Shown here: piece by piece, positions 1-9,166 of the stretch
Layout of the letters: each line of letters starts with the position of its first letter
How positions within the stretch are numbered: position 1 is the first letter of the stretch
Virus record (IMG/VR): IMGVR_UViG_2706794697_000014
Origin: a virus
Lineage: Duplodnaviria > Heunggongvirae > Uroviricota > Caudoviricetes
Direction: 5' to 3' (one strand)
DNA: 45,417 nucleotides
Program-made: the position numbers and the translations under genes
The notes under the pieces: model-generated
Database searches by the model: none
The model's input: only the letters and a program-made list of their open reading frames with translations
Told to the model about the DNA's origin: nothing

Positions 1-165
1 AAGAAATAGGGCTTCCACCTGGGAAGCCCTTTCTTTTTATAGTTCGGCTGTATGTAGGGTACAGCACGATGAATCTGTTAGAGGCGCAATAGTGACAGAT
101 TTGATTATCAATTCCTATTTTGTTCTAAGGATAAAACCTTAGGTTGTGATCATCCGCACAATCCC

Positions 166-408
166 TTAGTAACGCCAGCGGTCATAACGCTGATATTTCG
201 GCACTTTTGGTGCTTTAATCGCCTTAATAACCCACACCACCGCAATCGCCAGTAGTAACCACGGCAGCAACTTAATCATCAATGCCAGCATACCGCCGAG
301 GAACATAATGGCCGTCGCCACAACCAGCGCGGCGATAATGCCCAGCAACGAAACGCCGGTGACCATCAGCATGACAAAAAAGCCAATCACAAAAAGTAGT
401 TCCAGCAT
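166..408 (-). CDS. pspG: phage shock protein G (host)
   Basis: 80-aa hydrophobic product MLELLFVIGFFVMLMV...KYQRYDRWRY recognised as PspG; track ORF 166..618 trimmed to the internal Met. Confidence 0.7.
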   Translation of the reverse strand: MLELLFVIGFFVMLMVTGVSLLGIIAALVVATAIMFLGGMLALMIKLLPWLLLAIAVVWVIKAIKAPKVPKYQRYDRWRY

Positions 409-541
409 GATGCTCTCCCAAATATGAAATCTCTTGCTGGCATTACAAGAATCATGCCAAAAATAATCTATTGATTTAACAGCAAAACGCCCCGCGACGG
501 TGCGCAGGGCGTGGTGAATTTGACTACTTTTTGGTGAAAAG

Positions 542-1579
542 TTAACGCTTATCCGCCACCAGTTTGAGCGCGTGTTCCAGCACATTAATGTCTGCACCCG
601 CTTTATGGGCATTTTCACTTAAATAACGCCGCCACTGCCGCGCGCCAGGAATACCCTGGAACAAGCCCAACATATGCCGGGTAATATGGCCGAGATACGT
701 CCCCTGGCTGAGTTCACGCTCAATGTACGGATACATGGCGCGCACTACCGCCACCGGATCGGCATCGGTATCCGAGGAACCAAAGATCTCCCGGTCTACC
801 GCCGCCAGAATACCCGGATTCTGATACGCCTCGCGCCCGACCATCACGCCATCCATATGTTGCAGGTGTGCTTTGGCCTCTTCCAGCGACTTGATACCAC
901 CGTTAATCGACATTGTCAGATGCGGAAAGTCACGCTTCAGTTGATACACACGCGGATAATCGAGTGGCGGGATTTCACGGTTTTCTTTCGGGCTTAACCC
1001 CGAAAGCCAGGCTTTACGTGCGTGGATGATAAACATCTCACACTCGCCTTTGCCGGAAACGGTGTTGATGAAATCGCAGAGAAATTCATAGCTGTCCTGG
1101 TCATCGATGCCAATACGCGTTTTCACCGTCACTGGAATCGACACCACATCGCGCATCGCTTTCACGCAGTCGGCAACCAGCTGCGCATTACCCATCAGAC
1201 ACGCACCAAACATGCCGTTCTGCACCCGGTCAGACGGGCAGCCGACATTCAGGTTGATCTCATCATATCCACGCGCTTCTGCCAGCTTCGCACACTGTGC
1301 CAGCGCCGCCGGATCGCTACCGCCGAGTTGCAACGCTACCGGATGTTCTTCTTCACTGTACGCCAGGTAATCACCTTTACCGTGAATAATCGCCCCTGTG
1401 GTCACCATTTCGGTATACAGCAACGTATTGCGGGAAAGCAGACGCAAGAAATAGCGGCAATGTCTGTCCGTCCAGTCGAGCATAGGAGCAATGCTAAACC
1501 GAGAACTCCAGTAAGCGCCAGTTTTTTCAGGCATCACGCTGGTTTGATTAGTTTTCTGTGTTTCAGGATTATCGTGCAT
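542..1579 (-). CDS. dusA: tRNA-dihydrouridine synthase A (host; 5' end adjoins prophage)
   Basis: 345-aa ORF with Dus/TIM-barrel sequence ([28 protein letters not shown]) recognised as E. coli DusA. Confidence 0.9.
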   Translation of the reverse strand: MHDNPETQKTNQTSVMPEKTGAYWSSRFSIAPMLDWTDRHCRYFLRLLSRNTLLYTEMVTTGAIIHGKGDYLAYSEEEHPVALQLGGSDPAALAQCAKLAEARGYDEINLNVGCPSDRVQNGMFGACLMGNAQLVADCVKAMRDVVSIPVTVKTRIGIDDQDSYEFLCDFINTVSGKGECEMFIIHARKAWLSGLSPKENREIPPLDYPRVYQLKRDFPHLTMSINGGIKSLEEAKAHLQHMDGVMVGREAYQNPGILAAVDREIFGSSDTDADPVAVVRAMYPYIERELSQGTYLGHITRHMLGLFQGIPGARQWRRYLSENAHKAGADINVLEHALKLVADKR

Positions 1580-1611
1580 TTTTGAACATTTCAGGCTATT
1601 TTTCTCGCGTT

Positions 1612-1647
1612 AGGTTCCCGCACAGGTTCCCACGCTTTATGGGAACC
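1612..1647. promoter_or_regulatory. three rGGTTCCC repeats (two direct, one inverted) in the dusA-int divergent intergenic region
   Basis: aGGTTCCC at 1612-1619 and 1624-1631, inverted GGGAACC at 1641-1647, between divergent start codons. Confidence 0.3.
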
Positions 1648-1667
1648 CGAAATAACGAGGTCGTGTA

Positions 1668-2765
1668 ATGGCGTACTATAACATAGAGAAACGACTAAAA
1701 TCCGATGGCACACCACGCTATCGCTGTAATGTGATTATCAAAGAAAAAGGTGTTATCACTTACAGGGAAAGCAAAACATTCCCTAAACATGCTCATGCCA
1801 AAACATGGGGCGCACAGAAAGTGATGGAATTAGATCTATATGGCATTCCATCATCAAATGCTGTTGACGGACTTACAGTCCGTGACTTACTACACAAATA
1901 TTTAAATGACCCAAATGCCGGAGGTAAAGCAGGCCGTACTAAAAGATATGTGCTGGAACTGCTTATGGATAGTGACATCTCCGCGATCAAACTATCTGAA
2001 CTGACAGAAAATGACGTAATTGAACATTGCAGGCTAAGAAACAACGCTGGTGCAGGCCCAGCAACAGTCAGCCACGATGTTAGTTATCTTGGCAGTGTTC
2101 TGGATGCGGCAAAACCTGTATACGGAATCAATTACACATCAAACCCGGCGAAAAGCGCTCGTCCATATCTACTTAAACTCGGTTTGATTGGTAAATCAAA
2201 CCGTCGTAATCGTAGACCAGCATCTGATGAACTGAACATGCTCATTGAAGGCCTTCAACAACGATCTACTCATAAATGCTCAAAAATTCCGTTCGTTGAT
2301 ATCCTCAAATTTTCTGTGTGGTCCTGTATGCGAATCGGAGAAGTATGCCGGTTACGATGGGAAGATCTCGACCAGGAACAAAAATCTATACTAGTAAGAG
2401 ACAGGAAAGATCCACGTAAAAAGGAAGGCAACCATATGAAAGTTGCCTTGCTTGGGGAAGCCTGGGATATCGTCCAGCGACAACCCAAAAAATCAGAATT
2501 CATTTTTCCATATAACAGCACTTCTGTTACCGCAGGATTTCAGAGGGTAAGAAGCAAATTAGGTATTAAAGATCTGAGATACCATGATTTGCGTAGAGAA
2601 GGGGCAAGTCGCTTATTTGAGGCTGGTTTTAGTATTGAGGAAGTCGCTCAGGTTACAGGGCATCGTTCATTAAACGTGCTATGGCAGGTATATACCGAAC
2701 TGTATCCGAAATCTTTACATAATCGTTTTGAAGAACTCCAAAGGAGCAGAAATAAGACCTCTTGA
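1668..2765 (+). CDS. int: tyrosine-type phage integrase (dusA-associated)
   Basis: 365-aa ORF, GAGG RBS 8-11 nt upstream; C-terminal catalytic region (HDLRREGASRLFEAGFSIEEVAQVTGHRS) typical of tyrosine recombinases; divergent from dusA 5' end. Confidence 0.9.
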   Translation: MAYYNIEKRLKSDGTPRYRCNVIIKEKGVITYRESKTFPKHAHAKTWGAQKVMELDLYGIPSSNAVDGLTVRDLLHKYLNDPNAGGKAGRTKRYVLELLMDSDISAIKLSELTENDVIEHCRLRNNAGAGPATVSHDVSYLGSVLDAAKPVYGINYTSNPAKSARPYLLKLGLIGKSNRRNRRPASDELNMLIEGLQQRSTHKCSKIPFVDILKFSVWSCMRIGEVCRLRWEDLDQEQKSILVRDRKDPRKKEGNHMKVALLGEAWDIVQRQPKKSEFIFPYNSTSVTAGFQRVRSKLGIKDLRYHDLRREGASRLFEAGFSIEEVAQVTGHRSLNVLWQVYTELYPKSLHNRFEELQRSRNKTS

Positions 2766-2793
2766 CACTGTTTATCCATACAGTTAAAAATAA

Positions 2794-2813
2794 TACTGTA
2801 TACAAATACAGTG
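2794..2813. promoter_or_regulatory. LexA (SOS) box upstream of dinI-like gene
   Basis: TACTGTATACAAATACAGTG matches CTGT-N8-ACAG consensus, 13 nt upstream of the dinI-like start; possible -35 TTGACA at 2762-2767. Confidence 0.6.
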
Positions 2814-2825
2814 TAGGGGACTTTT

Positions 2826-3074
2826 ATGCGTATTGAAATCTGCATAGCCAAAGAAAAAATGACTAAAATGCCAACCGGTGCTGTGGATGCGTTAAAGGAA
2901 GAATTAACCCGACGCATCAGTAAACGTTATGACGATGTAGAAGTGATCGTAAAAGCCACCAGCAACGATGGCCTTTCTGTTACGCGCACCGCTGATAAAG
3001 ATTCAGCTAAAACTTTTGTTCAGGAGACTCTGAAAGATACCTGGGAGTCTGCTGACGAGTGGTTTGTTCATTAA
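2826..3074 (+). CDS. DinI-like damage-inducible protein
   Basis: 82-aa product [10 protein letters not shown]...[16 protein letters not shown] resembles DinI/MsgA family (C-terminal TWESADxWF); preceded by a LexA box. Confidence 0.8.
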   Translation: MRIEICIAKEKMTKMPTGAVDALKEELTRRISKRYDDVEVIVKATSNDGLSVTRTADKDSAKTFVQETLKDTWESADEWFVH

Positions 3075-3105
3075 GTTCATCATCTCTGGACACCATTCAC
3101 TTGTA

Positions 3106-3135
3106 TTGACTTTAAGATCATTAAATTGTAATAAT
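3106..3135 (+). promoter_or_regulatory. candidate sigma70 promoter for structured leader and TM-RT operon
   Basis: TTGACT (3106-3111), 18-nt spacer, AATAAT (3130-3135) with TG two nt upstream; predicted start about 3141. Confidence 0.3.
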
Positions 3136-3140
3136 TCAAA

Positions 3141-3277
3141 GGGATGGGGCAGGTTTTTCCTCTTGCGCATGCAAGGGCGGCTCTGATAATGAACAGTAAT
3201 ATTTTACTGTTGAGCTTATGCTCACTGATCCTGCCGGGCAGGATGTTCAACGGTTCCAATATATCCTGCCCCTTCCG
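3141..3277 (+). ncRNA. candidate structured non-coding RNA upstream of the RT module (retron msr-msd-like or DRT-type ncRNA)
   Basis: 13-nt inverted repeats GGGATGGGGCAGG (3141-3153) and CCTGCCCCTTCC (3265-3276, 12/13 complementary) flank three internal hairpins: CTTGC-GCAT-GCAAG (3162-3175), AACAGTAA-TATT-TTACTGTT (3192-3211), perfect palindrome ATCCTGCCGGGCAGGAT (3228-3244); no ORF. Confidence 0.3.
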
Positions 3278-3296
3278 CTTTTAAAAAGGATCTTTT

Positions 3297-3848
3297 ATGC
3301 ATGACAATATTTGGTTTACATATAAAGCACGTATCCAAGCGCACCATCGACTAGAATGGCTTGAAAAACACTCTCAATTTATCCTCGTTTGGTATGCTAT
3401 ATTGAGTGCGGTACTTTCAATTGTAACGTTGCGATTTCCAAAGGTTCTAGGAGATAATACAGATGTCGTTGCGGCGATACTTTCAGTGGCTCTACTGGGT
3501 ATTTCTCTGATCGTATCTAACCTAGATTTTCGTGGTCGAGCAATAGCCATGAGAAGGAATTATATTGCACTACAGCGACTCTATTTTGACATTACCACCA
3601 GTCAACAGTTATCTCTTGAACAGAAAGAAAAATATTTTAATTTGCTCAATGAGGTTGAGAATCACCGTGACATAGATGATAAAATTTCAAGGGTAACTCA
3701 AGTTGGACTTAAGACGAGGATCCCCACACAAAAAGAAAAAATAATTGTTATTTTATGGATATTACTTCGAATATTTATTACTGCCGCACTTTATATACTC
3801 CCATTAATATATCTTTGGATTGACTATGACTGCAAGCAGAATTTTTAA
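3297..3848 (+). CDS. small multi-pass membrane protein, putative effector partner of the RT
   Basis: 183-aa ORF, AGGA RBS; hydrophobic segments FILVWYAILSAVLSIVTL, VVAAILSVALLGISLIVSNL, IIVILWILLRIFITAALYILPLIYLWI; AT-rich; overlaps RT start by 23 nt. Confidence 0.7.
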   Translation: MHDNIWFTYKARIQAHHRLEWLEKHSQFILVWYAILSAVLSIVTLRFPKVLGDNTDVVAAILSVALLGISLIVSNLDFRGRAIAMRRNYIALQRLYFDITTSQQLSLEQKEKYFNLLNEVENHRDIDDKISRVTQVGLKTRIPTQKEKIIVILWILLRIFITAALYILPLIYLWIDYDCKQNF

Positions 3849-5196
3849 AAAGTCATTCTCGAAAAAAAATCTTCTAAAAGTATACTCTGAAAAAATCAAA
3901 GAATCAGGAGCGATTGGCATAGATCGGATTCGCCCATCAAAACTTGATTTGACAATAAAAAATGAGATCACTTTCATTTTTGAAAAGGTTAATTCTGGCA
4001 ATTACAAATTTACAGCATATAAAGAAAAATTAATATCTAAAGGCGCTAACTCTACACCCAGACAGATTTCCATACCAACTGCTAGGGACAGAATTACTCT
4101 TAGAGCTCTCTGTGAATGCCTTACGGAAATATATCCTAAGTCCAGATTAAAACTACCACATACAGTAATTGACTCATTGAAAGAAGCATTAAACAACAGT
4201 CTATATGCTGAATATGCAAAAATAGATCTTAAAAGTTTCTATCCTTCAATTGAACATAAATTGATAATTAATGCAATAAAAAATAAAATTAGAAAAAAAG
4301 AAATTAGACAGTTAATAACATCATCATTAATCGTGCCTACTGTAAGTGGAACCACAGGAAGCAAAGGTATCCCTAATAATACCAGAGGAGTACCTCAGGG
4401 ATTAGCGATATCAAACATTTTAGCTGAAATATCACTATCTAATTTCGATGATGAAATCAATAAAATGCATGACATATGGTACATGCGATACGTTGATGAC
4501 ATTCTTATTTTAACACCAAAATATCAAGCAACAAAAATAGCTTCTCATATCATTGATAAGCTTCAATCATTAAATTTAAACCCACATCCATTAAATGAAG
4601 AGAACTCAAAATCCAAAGTAGGCAGCTTGGATGAAAGTTTCAACTTTTTGGGCTACCACATAAAAAATCGAGAATTATTGATAAAACATGAGAGCATTCT
4701 TAGATTTGAGTCATCCTTAGCAAAAATTTTTACTGCATATAGACACGCTCTACTACAAGCTAAAAATAAGCGCGATAAAGAACGAGCTGTTGCATATTGT
4801 CAGTGGAAACTAAATCTTAGAATTACGGGATGTGTGTTTGAAGGTAAACGATTGGGATGGGTATCGTACTTCTCACAAATAACGTCAACAGCTCAACTTC
4901 GAGCTGTTAATCATACGATCAATAATCTTATCCGCCGATTCGGCCTTTCATCAGAAATAAAACCAAAGTCTTTGATTAAAACTTTCTATGAACTCCGCAG
5001 GGGTAGAGCGGAGACTTTTAAATACATACCTAACTTTGACAATCTACATATATCTCAGAAACGAGAAATTGTTTCTATGTGGATAGGGAAAGAGAATGAA
5101 AAAAAACTTAGCAATAGTGAAATAGAGAGAAAATTTAAATTTAAAATTGCGAAATCAGTAAAAGAGCTTGAAGAGGACATTTCAGGGATATCATAG
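3826..5196 (+). CDS. reverse transcriptase (defence-associated/retron-like; family unassigned)
   Basis: RT motifs in translation: ISIPTARDRITLRAL (motif 1-2), KIDLKSFYPSIEH (3), GVPQGLAISNILAEI (4), YMRYVDDILIL with YVDD catalytic box (5), FNFLGYHI (7), thumb-like GKRLGWVSYF; ATG at 3826 within track ORF 3820..5196. Confidence 0.85.
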   Translation: MTASRIFKKSFSKKNLLKVYSEKIKESGAIGIDRIRPSKLDLTIKNEITFIFEKVNSGNYKFTAYKEKLISKGANSTPRQISIPTARDRITLRALCECLTEIYPKSRLKLPHTVIDSLKEALNNSLYAEYAKIDLKSFYPSIEHKLIINAIKNKIRKKEIRQLITSSLIVPTVSGTTGSKGIPNNTRGVPQGLAISNILAEISLSNFDDEINKMHDIWYMRYVDDILILTPKYQATKIASHIIDKLQSLNLNPHPLNEENSKSKVGSLDESFNFLGYHIKNRELLIKHESILRFESSLAKIFTAYRHALLQAKNKRDKERAVAYCQWKLNLRITGCVFEGKRLGWVSYFSQITSTAQLRAVNHTINNLIRRFGLSSEIKPKSLIKTFYELRRGRAETFKYIPNFDNLHISQKREIVSMWIGKENEKKLSNSEIERKFKFKIAKSVKELEEDISGIS

Positions 5197-5308
5197 ATAT
5201 GTAATCCATTAAATCCTTTATATATAAAGCAATAAACACACTATTTAAATTCACAAATCAGCCGCAGTATCCTGCCATGACAAGTTGCTGCGGCATATCA
5301 CAAAACGA

Positions 5309-5893
5309 TTACTCCATAACAGGGACCGCAGGCCACTCAATATCAGGTGCAGTTGATGTATCAACACGGTTCAGCAACACCCGATACTTCTTCCAGGCTT
5401 CCAGCAACGAGTTTTCTTCCTCCGTTGCGATCTCCAGATCTACAGCATCCTGAAGTGGCGCTATATGCTCACTGGCTACCTGCATCAGGCTGTTTTTTGT
5501 TTCTTCCGCCTCCCGGATCCGGAACAGTTTTTCTGCTTCCGTATCCTTCACCCAGGCTGTGCCGTTCCACTTCTGAAACTCCCCTTCCGGGGATAACCAG
5601 GTAACATTTTCCGGTAACGGACCGAGTTCAGAAATAAATAACGCGTCCCCTGACGCTACGTCATAAACCGTTTTACCCCGATGGTCTTCAACGAGATGCC
5701 ACGATGCCTCATCACTGTTGAAAACAGCCACAAAGCCAGCCGGAATATCTGGCGGTGCAATATAGGTACTGTTTGCTGGCAGACCTGTATGAGGCGGAAT
5801 ATATGCGTCACCTTCACCAATAAATTCATTAGTTCCGGTCAGCAGATTATAAATTTTTATGGTCCGTGGTTGTTCACTCATTCTGAATGCCAT
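5309..5893 (-). CDS. tfa: tail fibre assembly protein
   Basis: 194-aa product [18 protein letters not shown]...[10 protein letters not shown] closely matches lambda Tfa as recalled. Confidence 0.9.
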   Translation of the reverse strand: MAFRMSEQPRTIKIYNLLTGTNEFIGEGDAYIPPHTGLPANSTYIAPPDIPAGFVAVFNSDEASWHLVEDHRGKTVYDVASGDALFISELGPLPENVTWLSPEGEFQKWNGTAWVKDTEAEKLFRIREAEETKNSLMQVASEHIAPLQDAVDLEIATEEENSLLEAWKKYRVLLNRVDTSTAPDIEWPAVPVME

Positions 5894-8800
5894 TATGCAA
5901 GCCTCACAATATAGTTAAATGCGATGTTTTTGACGGTGTTTTCCGCGTTACCCGCAGCGTTAACGGTGATGGTATGTCCATGTGAACCAATCGCAACGGA
6001 GTGCGTATGAGCACCAATACCGACAGTATGCGCGTGTGCACCTGCAGATGCTGCTGTGCCGGACAGTGAGTGGCTATGATTACCATCTGTACTGGTATTC
6101 GCTAACCACCCCGTAGACATACCTACTGAGCCTTGTACACCCCAGGTATTTTGACCTGAGCTTGTATAACCATATTGATAAGTATCTTTAAAAACACTGG
6201 GGTTAAATCGACGGCCATCTCTATGGCTGTGATTACCAGCTGCATTCGTGCTGCCACTTAAACTATGGGTATGCGCACCAGTGTTATTCGTGGATTTAGT
6301 GCCGTAATCAAACGACGATGTGGTTTTCGTCCCCAAATCCGTACTGGATGCGCTGGCGCTGTGGGTATGCGATTTAATGCCGTCCTGTTCCTGAGACAAT
6401 ACGGCCCGACCACTGGCAGGTTTGCCCTTAATCGTCCAGCCACGCATATCAGGGATCACACCTGACGGATAAACGGCTGCAAGTTTCGGGTAAGCAGATT
6501 TGTCAAAAGTCTGTCCCTGCATCAGGGCATAACCAGACGGAACGGTATCTGATGGCCACGGGATTGGTGCACCGACTGGGTAGCTTTCTGGTGGAAGATT
6601 TTTCGAGGTATAAACTTCTGCCCAGTCTTCCTCAAAACCATAACCGTCTCTTGAAGAACGGTAGAACAGACCACCATTTCTGTAATGCGCCTTCATCTGC
6701 AAGGTCCGGCAACTTCCGACTCCGGTATAGAAGTTAACCAGAATATAGCTGTTGCCAGAGCGGGTGACATTGTAAGCGCCTGATTCGGCATTCCATGGAA
6801 CGCCACCATCCGCATCGGCATATGTATCCGTTGCCCTTCTGGCAAAAGCAGCCACATGCGCGGCGGTTAAAGTAATATCTTTGGAACCATCAAACTCAAC
6901 ACCAGAAACCAGTCTTGGCGTTTGCAGCTTTGTTGCTGTCAATGCGTTACCGTTCAGACTTGCAGACAGTTTGGTTCCAATAACCAGTTCGCCGGTTGCG
7001 TTATCAATAACAAACGGTCTTAATGTATTCCAGCCACCATAAACATCACCTTGATTGGTAAGCAGCAGGTAAGTTTTAGCGCCATCATTACGCCATAATG
7101 CACCATACTCCCCACCTATCATTCGAATCTGATTACCACCACGCGCTACAATTTCGTCTGTGGCAAAAAGTTTTTTGCACGACAAGTTATCGTTAACGAT
7201 TAACGAATGAGACTCATAAAAACCACGCCCACTCTTAAAATCAAGGATAACGTCCGCCGCGATACATTCAGTCGCCGGATTTGTTGCCCCAAACTTATAG
7301 GTCGTATCATTAACAACGAGATCAGCACCAGGTGCGGATATTGACAGGCCATCTTCGAGAAACGCAAAAACAGGGAAAGCAGCGCCATCAACATAGAACA
7401 CAGAGCGCAAATCATCGCCCTTATTACTCATCATTATTGAGTGGATGGCTCGTTCATTGTTTTGATATTGCCAGAACATTCCATAAGCATAACGCCCCCT
7501 GTCAGTCCAGCCACCAGGCATAACAAATCCGTTAAACTCGCAGTTATTCATCGGATCGCCTGCGATTCGCGTTGCCGTGGTGATAATGACCCTTGATGCC
7601 AGTTCGCTTACTGAGCCAGCAGAACGCATAACAACAACAGGGTAATATTTTCCAGATGTTGCACCTGCAGGAGCGTTAACCCGCACATAACGCATACCAC
7701 GCTTATCAGCAAAGTCTGTTTTACTGACCGCGTTAATGTTGTTCAGGAAGCGTCCCTTATCGGGTATATCAGCGCCGTTCTGGTCTTTCTGCAGACGTTT
7801 CTCAGCATTGTCATTGGCTGCTTTTACTGCCTTTGGCGTTGCCGCCAGCGTTTCAGACGTGCTATTAGTCGCACTACTGAGCTGTACTATCCCCTTTTTC
7901 GTCGTGCTCGCATCCTCAAGCGCCACGGCGGATGCAATATCCTCTGCACGTTTTGCCGCTGTCTCGGCGCGCGTTGCCGCGGATTCCGCCGTACTTTTGC
8001 TCTGTGCTGCCGCCGTCGCACTGCCAGCAGCCTCTGTCGCCTTCGTGGATGCTGTCGTGGCGCTGCCCTTCGCTGCGGACGCTTGTCTGGTCGCCTCATC
8101 TTTTGAAGCAGACGCCGATGATGCCGATGACGCCGCCGAACTGGCGGACGATGCGGCAGCCGTTTTTGAGGATTCTGCGCTGGTCTCCGACGCTTTCGCG
8201 TTCGTCTCCGATGTCTTCGCTGCGGAAGCAGACCTCGCTGCTGCACTGGCCTGTTCAGTGGCTTCGCCAGCCTTCGTTGTGGCTGTTGAAGCGGACGATG
8301 CGGCGCTTTCTGCCGATTTTCCGGCGGCGCTAGCACTGGCTGAGGCCTGCCCGGCACTTGTTGACGCTGCACTGGCAGACGACGCAGCCGCTGTTTTTGA
8401 GCCTGCTGCTGCGGAGGCACTCTGTGCTGCTGCCGTTTCAGAGGACTTAGCGTTTGTCTCAGACGTCTTTGCCGCCTTCGCGGAATTTCCTGCCGCCGTT
8501 GCCGAGGAAGCGGCATTACTGGCGCTCGAAGCTGCGCTCGTTTCTGATAATTTTGCCGCCTCTTTTGAAGCCGACGCATCTCTGGCTGAGGTGGCTGCTT
8601 CTGACGCTTTCGTGGTCGCGGTGGATGCAGAAGTGGCAGCTGATTGTTGTGACGCTGCCGCATTCGTTTCTGACGTTTTCGCCGCACCGGCTGATGTGCT
8701 GGCATCGCTGGCTGATTTCTTCGCGGCTGCCGTGTTCTGTGCCACCGCGGACGCGTTACGCGCCACCTCTTCCACCATCAGTTCAAAGCGGCGCAGTGCC

Positions 8801-9108
8801 TCAGGACGGGCATCATCCTCCGTCATGGCACCGAGAAAATCATTCAGCGTACCGGGTCGGGAATCTTCATACACGGTGATGGTCCCGGCATGTGACGGCG
8901 GGAATCCTTCCACCAACAGAATAACGCTGTACTGACCGTACTCAACGTCCATGCTGTAACGCCCGGCTTCATCCGGATTTTCTGAGGCCAGCGTGTTCAC
9001 CACCACCGTGGTGCTGTTACGTTTTGCTTTCAGCTGGATTGTGCAGTTCTGTACCGGTTTTCCTGTGCCGTCTTTCAGTACACCTGAAATCTTTACTGCC
9101 ATATTCAC
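5893..9108 (-). CDS. stf: side tail fibre protein (mosaic)
   Basis: 1071-aa ORF; N-terminus [26 protein letters not shown] and C-terminus ...[28 protein letters not shown] match lambda Stf; Ala/Ser/Thr-rich repeats and His-rich GAHTHS repeats. Confidence 0.9.
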   Translation of the reverse strand: MNMAVKISGVLKDGTGKPVQNCTIQLKAKRNSTTVVVNTLASENPDEAGRYSMDVEYGQYSVILLVEGFPPSHAGTITVYEDSRPGTLNDFLGAMTEDDARPEALRRFELMVEEVARNASAVAQNTAAAKKSASDASTSAGAAKTSETNAAASQQSAATSASTATTKASEAATSARDASASKEAAKLSETSAASSASNAASSATAAGNSAKAAKTSETNAKSSETAAAQSASAAAGSKTAAASSASAASTSAGQASASASAAGKSAESAASSASTATTKAGEATEQASAAARSASAAKTSETNAKASETSAESSKTAAASSASSAASSASSASASKDEATRQASAAKGSATTASTKATEAAGSATAAAQSKSTAESAATRAETAAKRAEDIASAVALEDASTTKKGIVQLSSATNSTSETLAATPKAVKAANDNAEKRLQKDQNGADIPDKGRFLNNINAVSKTDFADKRGMRYVRVNAPAGATSGKYYPVVVMRSAGSVSELASRVIITTATRIAGDPMNNCEFNGFVMPGGWTDRGRYAYGMFWQYQNNERAIHSIMMSNKGDDLRSVFYVDGAAFPVFAFLEDGLSISAPGADLVVNDTTYKFGATNPATECIAADVILDFKSGRGFYESHSLIVNDNLSCKKLFATDEIVARGGNQIRMIGGEYGALWRNDGAKTYLLLTNQGDVYGGWNTLRPFVIDNATGELVIGTKLSASLNGNALTATKLQTPRLVSGVEFDGSKDITLTAAHVAAFARRATDTYADADGGVPWNAESGAYNVTRSGNSYILVNFYTGVGSCRTLQMKAHYRNGGLFYRSSRDGYGFEEDWAEVYTSKNLPPESYPVGAPIPWPSDTVPSGYALMQGQTFDKSAYPKLAAVYPSGVIPDMRGWTIKGKPASGRAVLSQEQDGIKSHTHSASASSTDLGTKTTSSFDYGTKSTNNTGAHTHSLSGSTNAAGNHSHRDGRRFNPSVFKDTYQYGYTSSGQNTWGVQGSVGMSTGWLANTSTDGNHSHSLSGTAASAGAHAHTVGIGAHTHSVAIGSHGHTITVNAAGNAENTVKNIAFNYIVRLA

Positions 9109-9112
9109 CCCA

Positions 9113-9140
9113 CAAAAAAGCCCGCCTGAACCGGCGGGCT
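9113..9140 (-). terminator. intrinsic terminator downstream of lom
   Basis: stem AGCCCGCC/GGCGGGCT, loop TGAACC, followed on minus strand by T6. Confidence 0.5.
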
Positions 9141-9166
9141 GTCATAACACTGTGTTACCTGGCTAA

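Noticed and set aside
3826-5196. RT as a diversity-generating retroelement acting on the adjacent tail fibre
   Set aside because: Motif 4 reads QGLAISN rather than the DGR-typical [I/V/L]GxxxSQ, no Avd-like gene, and no ~100-bp template/variable repeat pair between the RT flanks and the 3' ends of tfa/stf is evident by eye. Not fully excluded without computational repeat search.
3826-5196. RT as a group II intron-encoded protein
   Set aside because: No endonuclease domain, the gene is embedded in an operon with a membrane protein, and the flanks lack recognisable intron domain V/VI-like structures.
3262-5276. 9-nt direct repeat TATCCTGCC at 3262-3270 and 5268-5276 flanking the TM-RT module as possible insertion scars
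   Set aside because: Too short to be significant in 45 kb (expected about 0.3 chance occurrences per specific 9-mer); the left copy is part of the leader palindrome family.
7736-8935. Long plus-strand ORF (399 aa) and off-frame minus ORF 7887..8705 (Arg-rich, 272 aa) inside stf
   Set aside because: They overlap the well-supported tail fibre frame and are low-complexity translations of the GC-rich repeat tract; no start context.
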